In this document: in pieces, positions 58,785 through 64,000 of the stretch
How positions within the stretch are numbered: the stretch's first letter is position 1
How the letters are laid out: every line of letters starts with the position of its first letter
DNA from: Candidatus Shapirobacteria bacterium
GTDB taxonomy: Bacteria; Patescibacteriota; Microgenomatia; UBA12405
NCBI GenBank assembly: GCA_041659325.1
Contig: JBAZYN010000001.1
Coordinates: forward strand, 430,819-494,818
DNA: 64,000 bases
Direction: 5' to 3'
Program-made: the position numbers and the translations under genes
Notes under the pieces: generated by a model
The model's database searches: none
Told to the model about the DNA's origin: nothing
What the model saw: only the letters and a program-made list of their open reading frames with translations

Positions 58785-60377
58785 TTAGTTCACCTCATAA
58801 ATCAAAAACTGCACTTCTCCGCCCGGTTTTTTGATTTCTTCCAATAGGCTCAGTTTACCTCCCGCCTCCCCCGCTATTGGGTTAATTACCGACACCACAT
58901 ACAAGCTTTTCGGTTTTAGTTCTTCTCTGTTCCAGTCAACCTCTTTAAACCAATATTTCCCAATCCTTGTTCCGTCTCCATCAGTTCTTTTCTGCATAGC
59001 CTCAACCGGAAATGCTCCAAAATACCCAAAATACAAATGTGCCACCCCCACAAATTGCCCATATCTGCCAAACTTTGGCTCCACCACCACCAGGTCATAA
59101 TTTTCAGCCCTGGGTTTAATAAACTCCCACGCTTGTTTATACCCGTACTGAAACCCATCGGCGCTAAATTTTGGAAACTGAATATAGTAAGCCACTACAA
59201 ATACTCCAAAATTAAAGACCAGAAAGGGTATTAATCCCAAAAACCATTTTCTCTTATTTTCAAACAGCCATTTAGCCCCTCCCGCCATAATAATTATCGC
59301 CGGCACCAGCATCGAAATATTTCTAACCGAGGTAATTCCACCTACAGTCAAGGCAGGCACTATGGGGCACAATAACAACCAAACTAACAACCACTTAAAA
59401 TCATTTCCAAAAATTATTTTCCCCTTCCACAATCCGAGTACCACTAATGGTAAGCAACCCAACAAAAACCATCCCTGTTCCAATGGGTAACTGCCCTCAA
59501 ACAAATCAATCCCATTTCCAAACATTCCCGCCAAATCAATTTGCCCCAAATAATTATTAATCGGACCCGTCCCTGCCGTCCAAGTTTTCCTCAACCAACT
59601 ATCATGGTTGTTTTTTAAATAATCCTGCAACTGACCGTCAGACAACCACAATTGCGAGCTAGCCCGATTGTTTACATCCCTTCTTTGCACCATCAAAAAA
59701 TTCAAAAACATTGGCAAAGCAATTATCACCACCAAAACCCACATCGTCCACCATTTTTTAAAAGAAATTTCCTTTTTCCAGATAAAAGGAAGTATCACCG
59801 CCAAAAGGGGAGTCAATCCCCATTGAGTGTGATAACCCCAAATTGAAAATCCCAACAACACCCCGGCTAAAACCAAATAAATATTAGTTTTCAAATTTTT
59901 ATATCGATACATCATCCACACCCCCATCGTCATTACCAGTACCGCTAAGTTCGATTCAAAAGCCATCCGCGACACCGTAATTGCCTTAGGGTTAAGGGCC
60001 ATCAGCAGTGCCGAGATTATTCCCACCCATGGGTTTACCGACTCTCTGGCCATAAGCCCCACAACCAATACCAAAATCGAGCCTGACAACGCCGATAAAA
60101 ATCTTACCCCAAGCTCATTATTGCCAAACAAAAAGTTGAAAGGCATATTCAAATACCCATAAAGCGGGGCCTTATAAGTCTGGTGTGACTTAAACGATAG
60201 GGGATAAGCCACTCCATGTTCGTCCCTGCCGATCGTCCGCACCGAATAAGAATCAAAAGCAATCGAAATCTCATCATTCCCCAAATGTGGCGGATTAGAG
60301 CTCAAATTAACCGTTCTCAATAATAACCCCGCCAAAAATATTAACAATAGTCCGACCCCAAAATACTTATTTTTCAT
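58785..60377 (-). CDS. GT-C glycosyltransferase (ArnT/PMT-like)
   Basis: PPHLGNDE..AFDSYS...GRDEHG, YKAPLY, VRFLSALSG, SRMAFE and many TM segments. Confidence 0.88.
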   Translation of the reverse strand: MKNKYFGVGLLLIFLAGLLLRTVNLSSNPPHLGNDEISIAFDSYSVRTIGRDEHGVAYPLSFKSHQTYKAPLYGYLNMPFNFLFGNNELGVRFLSALSGSILVLVVGLMARESVNPWVGIISALLMALNPKAITVSRMAFESNLAVLVMTMGVWMMYRYKNLKTNIYLVLAGVLLGFSIWGYHTQWGLTPLLAVILPFIWKKEISFKKWWTMWVLVVIIALPMFLNFLMVQRRDVNNRASSQLWLSDGQLQDYLKNNHDSWLRKTWTAGTGPINNYLGQIDLAGMFGNGIDLFEGSYPLEQGWFLLGCLPLVVLGLWKGKIIFGNDFKWLLVWLLLCPIVPALTVGGITSVRNISMLVPAIIIMAGGAKWLFENKRKWFLGLIPFLVFNFGVFVVAYYIQFPKFSADGFQYGYKQAWEFIKPRAENYDLVVVEPKFGRYGQFVGVAHLYFGYFGAFPVEAMQKRTDGDGTRIGKYWFKEVDWNREELKPKSLYVVSVINPIAGEAGGKLSLLEEIKKPGGEVQFLIYEVN

Positions 60378-61017
60378 GTCTTATCCCTCTTTGCCACCAA
60401 AATATAAGTGCCGGCAATGCCCCTACCAGCGACATATTGCTATCCACCAGTATCCCCAAAGCCGAAGACACCACCACTGTCGCGATCCAAAAAAACTCTT
60501 CTTTTTTTGGTTTAGTCAAAAACAACATTCCAAAACCCAAAAATCCGATTGTTCTAACCAAATACACCGGCGACATAATTTTCAAAATATTCATTACCCA
60601 TAACCTCAAAACCAGCCAATCTCCATAAAATATATTTCGAACCCGATAGGGGACAACCACATCATTTTTCCAATAGGTTTCCACCACTTCCAAATTCCCC
60701 GGATTTGTAATCACCATTTTTTCCAAATTAAAACTATATTCAAATGGTCTTAAATTTATGGTAAAAAAATGGTTAATATTTAGATTAATTAAAAACACAA
60801 TCGGCATTACCAATACCAAAAAATATTTATTTCTTTGAGCCACCAACCACAAAACAATCACCGCCAACCCCACTTTCCAATCCATTTCAAAAAATTTCCA
60901 AAAAATTGGCGCCCCACCCAATACCACCATCATCAACCCCGTCCAAAACACGTTTTTTGCATCAATCCTTCTTTTATTCCCCACCACATATATTACCTCG
61001 TAAACGGCCTCACCCAA
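60367..61017 (-). CDS. Membrane protein, hypothetical
   Basis: Multiple hydrophobic segments, overlaps the start of the glycosyltransferase. Start uncertain. Confidence 0.65.
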   Translation of the reverse strand: MGEAVYEVIYVVGNKRRIDAKNVFWTGLMMVVLGGAPIFWKFFEMDWKVGLAVIVLWLVAQRNKYFLVLVMPIVFLINLNINHFFTINLRPFEYSFNLEKMVITNPGNLEVVETYWKNDVVVPYRVRNIFYGDWLVLRLWVMNILKIMSPVYLVRTIGFLGFGMLFLTKPKKEEFFWIATVVVSSALGILVDSNMSLVGALPALIFWWQRGIRHEK

Positions 61018-61091
61018 AGGATTTCTTGAGATATACCAGATAGTATCACACTACCCTATAAAATTTTTCAAAACGAGTTATAATCTGTCTC

Positions 61092-62579
61092 ATGAAAAGA
61101 AATCTCTCACTACCTCTGTTAGTTGCAATTTTTACCTTCGTTTTTTTGCAAGCCCCTCTCAAAGTCTCCGCCCAGAGCCGCCCCGCATTTTCCGGCCTCA
61201 ATTTTTATTACGGTGATCTCCACGCCCACAGCGGCTATTCTTCCGACGGCGTCGGCCGGCCAGAAACTGCCTACGACAACGCCATAAACAACAGAAACGA
61301 CTTTTTTGCCCTCACCGAACACGACGAAGCCTTTGTTACCAATCCCGACCTCTGTCTCAAGGCCGTCGACAGCTCCAAAATCGGTACCCCTCAGTTTCAG
61401 TGCGCTCAAAGAGAAACCGTTGGCACTACCCAATAATGGCAAAATCTAAAAAGCATTGCCCAAGATAAAAATATTTCCGACCAATTTGTTGCCCTCTACG
61501 GTTTTGAGTGGACCCACACCGGCGGCCATATCAACGTCCTTGAAGCCCCAAACTTTACCACCCCTCCCTATACTCTGGATAACTTTTACACCTACCTCAG
61601 CCAACATCCGGACAAAAACACCCTCTTTGCCATGTTCAACCACCCCTTCAATGGTTCCGATTTCAGACTTCCGGTCAACAGCACCGATCTGTCAACTATA
61701 TTCACTTACCGTTCTACCATTGCCCCCTATACCTATATGGTCGAAACCAACGCTTTTGCCTCTCATTTTCCCAAAGCTCTAAAGAAAGGTTACAAGCTTG
61801 GTGCCACCGGTTATGGCGATAACCACAATGTCGCCAACGCCGGTTCCCGTCGCTACGGAGTTCTTACTTCATCTCTGACCAAGGACTCGGTTGTCGCTGC
61901 TTTCAAAAACCGCCAAACCTTCGGGGTTCTCGACGGACGCGCCGGCTCCTCCTATTTTCCCCTTGCCATCGCCCTAATAGTCAACAATCAACTCATGGGC
62001 GGTACTGTTAATTTCAATGGCTCAATTTCTTACGAACTTTACGCCCGGGATGATCAAAAATTACTCGACTCCCTCGAGATTAGATATGGTGGTTTCGATT
62101 ACAGCTCCGATTATTATCTTGCCGCTACTTTTACAAACAATGGTAACGAGGTAACCAGAACCGGAACCTTTTCAAACTTTGCCTATGCCATGCCCAAACG
62201 GGCAAAATTTGTCTACGCTGTTGCCAAACAAAAAGACTCCAAAAACAATTTGGTCGAAGTCGCCTGGTCTTCTCCGGTCTTTCTAAACTACAATCCCTCA
62301 TATGTCACCACTCCAACCGCCACCCCCCCGCAACCCACCAGCCCTCCTGTTTCAACCATCACTTCCACCCCCACCCCAATTCTTACTCCCACCGCCACTC
62401 CGACCAAAATTATCACTCCCACTCCGACCACCTCAGCCATTACCTGTTCCGGCGGGTGTTACGGCAGTAGTCCCAATTGTACTAGAAACTGCGGCACTAC
62501 TTGCACCAAACTTTCAGTCTCCCAAACTCTCTCCCAGTGTGGTTGGGCAAACGCCCGGGCTTATCGGTGCTGTAAATAA
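61092..62579 (+). pseudogene. Secreted PHP-type (CehA/McbA-like) metallohydrolase split by one in-frame TAA at 61434-61436
   Basis: GDLHAHSGYSSDG and FFALTEHD precede the stop. GFEWT..GGHINV, FNHP and GDNH follow it in the same frame. Confidence 0.8.
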
Positions 62580-62612
62580 AAAATATTTCTCACAAATCCG
62601 CTAAAATAACTT

Positions 62613-62903
62613 GTGGGTAATCCGCCGACATCAATCAAAGACCAGCTCAAAAAATTTCAACAAACTCTTTTTGGGCGCCAAAAATATGTCAAAAATGAAT
62701 ATCAGTCCTACGGTCTGGAATTAGCCAAAGAATTGGGTGATTGGAAAAACCGTGCCCTCTATATCCGGATGGCCAAAAATATGGACCGAAAAATCCTCGA
62801 ACAAGCCCGCTACTTTATAAAGGACCAAACTCGCGGTACAATTCAATCGCCATATAAACTTTTTATGTGGAAAGTTAAGGAATTACGGAGTAGTCAAAAA
62901 TGA
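62613..62903 (+). CDS. Small basic hypothetical protein
   Basis: GTG ORF preceded by TAAAAT, with ATGA coupling to the next gene. Confidence 0.7.
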   Translation: MGNPPTSIKDQLKKFQQTLFGRQKYVKNEYQSYGLELAKELGDWKNRALYIRMAKNMDRKILEQARYFIKDQTRGTIQSPYKLFMWKVKELRSSQK

Positions 62904-63955
62904 ATTTTTTCGAAAAAAATATTCTAAAAATTTTTATTGGCATTATTCTGGCAACCGCCGTTTTTGTCGGCTTTAATCAGGTCCAAGCTCAAAATTCCAA
63001 AGATCAAACCCAAAAATTCAACCCAAAAAAAGACATCGTTTACACTCCCAAATTTGAAAATATAAAAGAAGAACTGATTATCACCGGCTCGATTAGCGCC
63101 GACAAAATTGCTTCACTCCGCTTCCAAAATTCCGGCAGATTAGTTTGGGTTGGCGTCAAAGTAGGGGACAGGGTCAAAAAATGGCAGGCTCTGGCTAGTC
63201 TCGACCGAAAAGAATTAGAGAAAAATCTTTCTACCCAATTTAACAACTATCTTACCACCTTTTCCGAATTCCACGACACCGAATTCGATTACAAAACCAC
63301 CCGGGAAAACGCCCTGGTCACCGACACTGTTCAACGGATTCTTGATCGCACCCAATATTCTCTCAACAACGCCGTTATCAAATACGAAATCGCCGATATG
63401 GCTCTCAAAGAGTCAGTCCTGTCTACCCCCATCGAAGGAGTGGTCGTCGGTATCGATCAACCAATCCCCGGTACCAACATTACCCCCGCCACCGCCACCT
63501 TTACCGTTATCGACCCCGGCAGTATTTTTTTCAAATCAGAAATTGATCAGCAGGATGTTACCAAAATCACTACTGGGCAACTTGCCACCATCAAAATCGA
63601 CGCCTTCCCCGGACAGGAGATAGCTTCGGAAATTTCTTATCTGTCTTTTATCCCTGTTTCTGGTCAAACCTCCACCGTCTATGAGGTCCGGTTTAATCTG
63701 CCCCTGGAAAACAACGATTTGCTATATCGTCTGGGCATGGATGGTGATGCGACTTTAGTTCTTTCGGAATCCGCCAATGCTCTCACCATTCCCACCGACG
63801 CCGTTTATGACGACAATGGCCAAAGTTATGTTTACAAAAAAAATGACAACCTTCTGGTCCGTCAGGATATAAAAATCGGCATCGAAACTGATACCACTAC
63901 CGAGGTTAAAGAAGGCCTTACCCAAAATGACCAAGTCGTTCTCACCTCAAAATAA
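62900..63955 (+). CDS. Efflux RND/MacA-type periplasmic adaptor subunit
   Basis: VKVGDRVKK..LASLD, LSTPIEGVV, EIDQQDV.KI..GQ, LTIPTDAV and EVKEGL. Confidence 0.92.
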   Translation: MNFFEKNILKIFIGIILATAVFVGFNQVQAQNSKDQTQKFNPKKDIVYTPKFENIKEELIITGSISADKIASLRFQNSGRLVWVGVKVGDRVKKWQALASLDRKELEKNLSTQFNNYLTTFSEFHDTEFDYKTTRENALVTDTVQRILDRTQYSLNNAVIKYEIADMALKESVLSTPIEGVVVGIDQPIPGTNITPATATFTVIDPGSIFFKSEIDQQDVTKITTGQLATIKIDAFPGQEIASEISYLSFIPVSGQTSTVYEVRFNLPLENNDLLYRLGMDGDATLVLSESANALTIPTDAVYDDNGQSYVYKKNDNLLVRQDIKIGIETDTTTEVKEGLTQNDQVVLTSK

Positions 63956-64000
63956 ATCAAAAATCGTCCTCGAGTTAAAAGACGTAGTCAAAACCTATAC
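63927..64000 (+). CDS. Probable MacB/LolD-type ABC ATP-binding protein, 5' end only
   Basis: MTKSFSPQNKSKIVLELKDVVKTY runs off the window edge. This is a typical ABC N-terminus after an adaptor gene. Confidence 0.55.
   Translation, partial: MTKSFSPQNKSKIVLELKDVVKTY

Noticed and set aside
61434-61436. Stop-codon reassignment (alternative genetic code)
   Set aside because: TAA, TAG and TGA all end conserved genes at the expected lengths (efp TAA, thrS TAG, pheS TGA).

Overview
Window from a reduced-genome bacterium. Gene content and style suggest Patescibacteria/CPR, probably Microgenomates (inference). It holds 13 intact tRNA genes with accessory genes between them (1-6.5 kb), then tgt, an MtaB-like enzyme and an archaeal/eukaryote-type DRG GTPase. 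A translation/replication block follows (efp, tig, thrS-infC-rpmI-rplT, pheST, PBP1a, recG, rpmF-nusB-rnc, rpsP-khpA). A ~22 kb minus-strand type IV pilus locus carries pilB/T/C/D/M/N/O, about ten pilins and a set of Cys-rich secreted proteins, followed by holB-like, fic, ligA, pth, a GT-C glycosyltransferase, a PHP hydrolase with one in-frame stop and an efflux adaptor. Four unexplained patterns stand out: (1) several families of short palindromes and 7/8-mer arrays that sit in-frame in essential genes, in prepilin leader peptides and in broken tRNA half-copies, with the main family always in one chromosomal orientation; (2) a large pilus-locus protein built from modules also carried by its three neighbouring genes; (3) -10 boxes directly in front of most start codons, implying leaderless mRNAs; (4) C55 T-loops in four tRNAs. 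All calls were made by eye, with no database searches.
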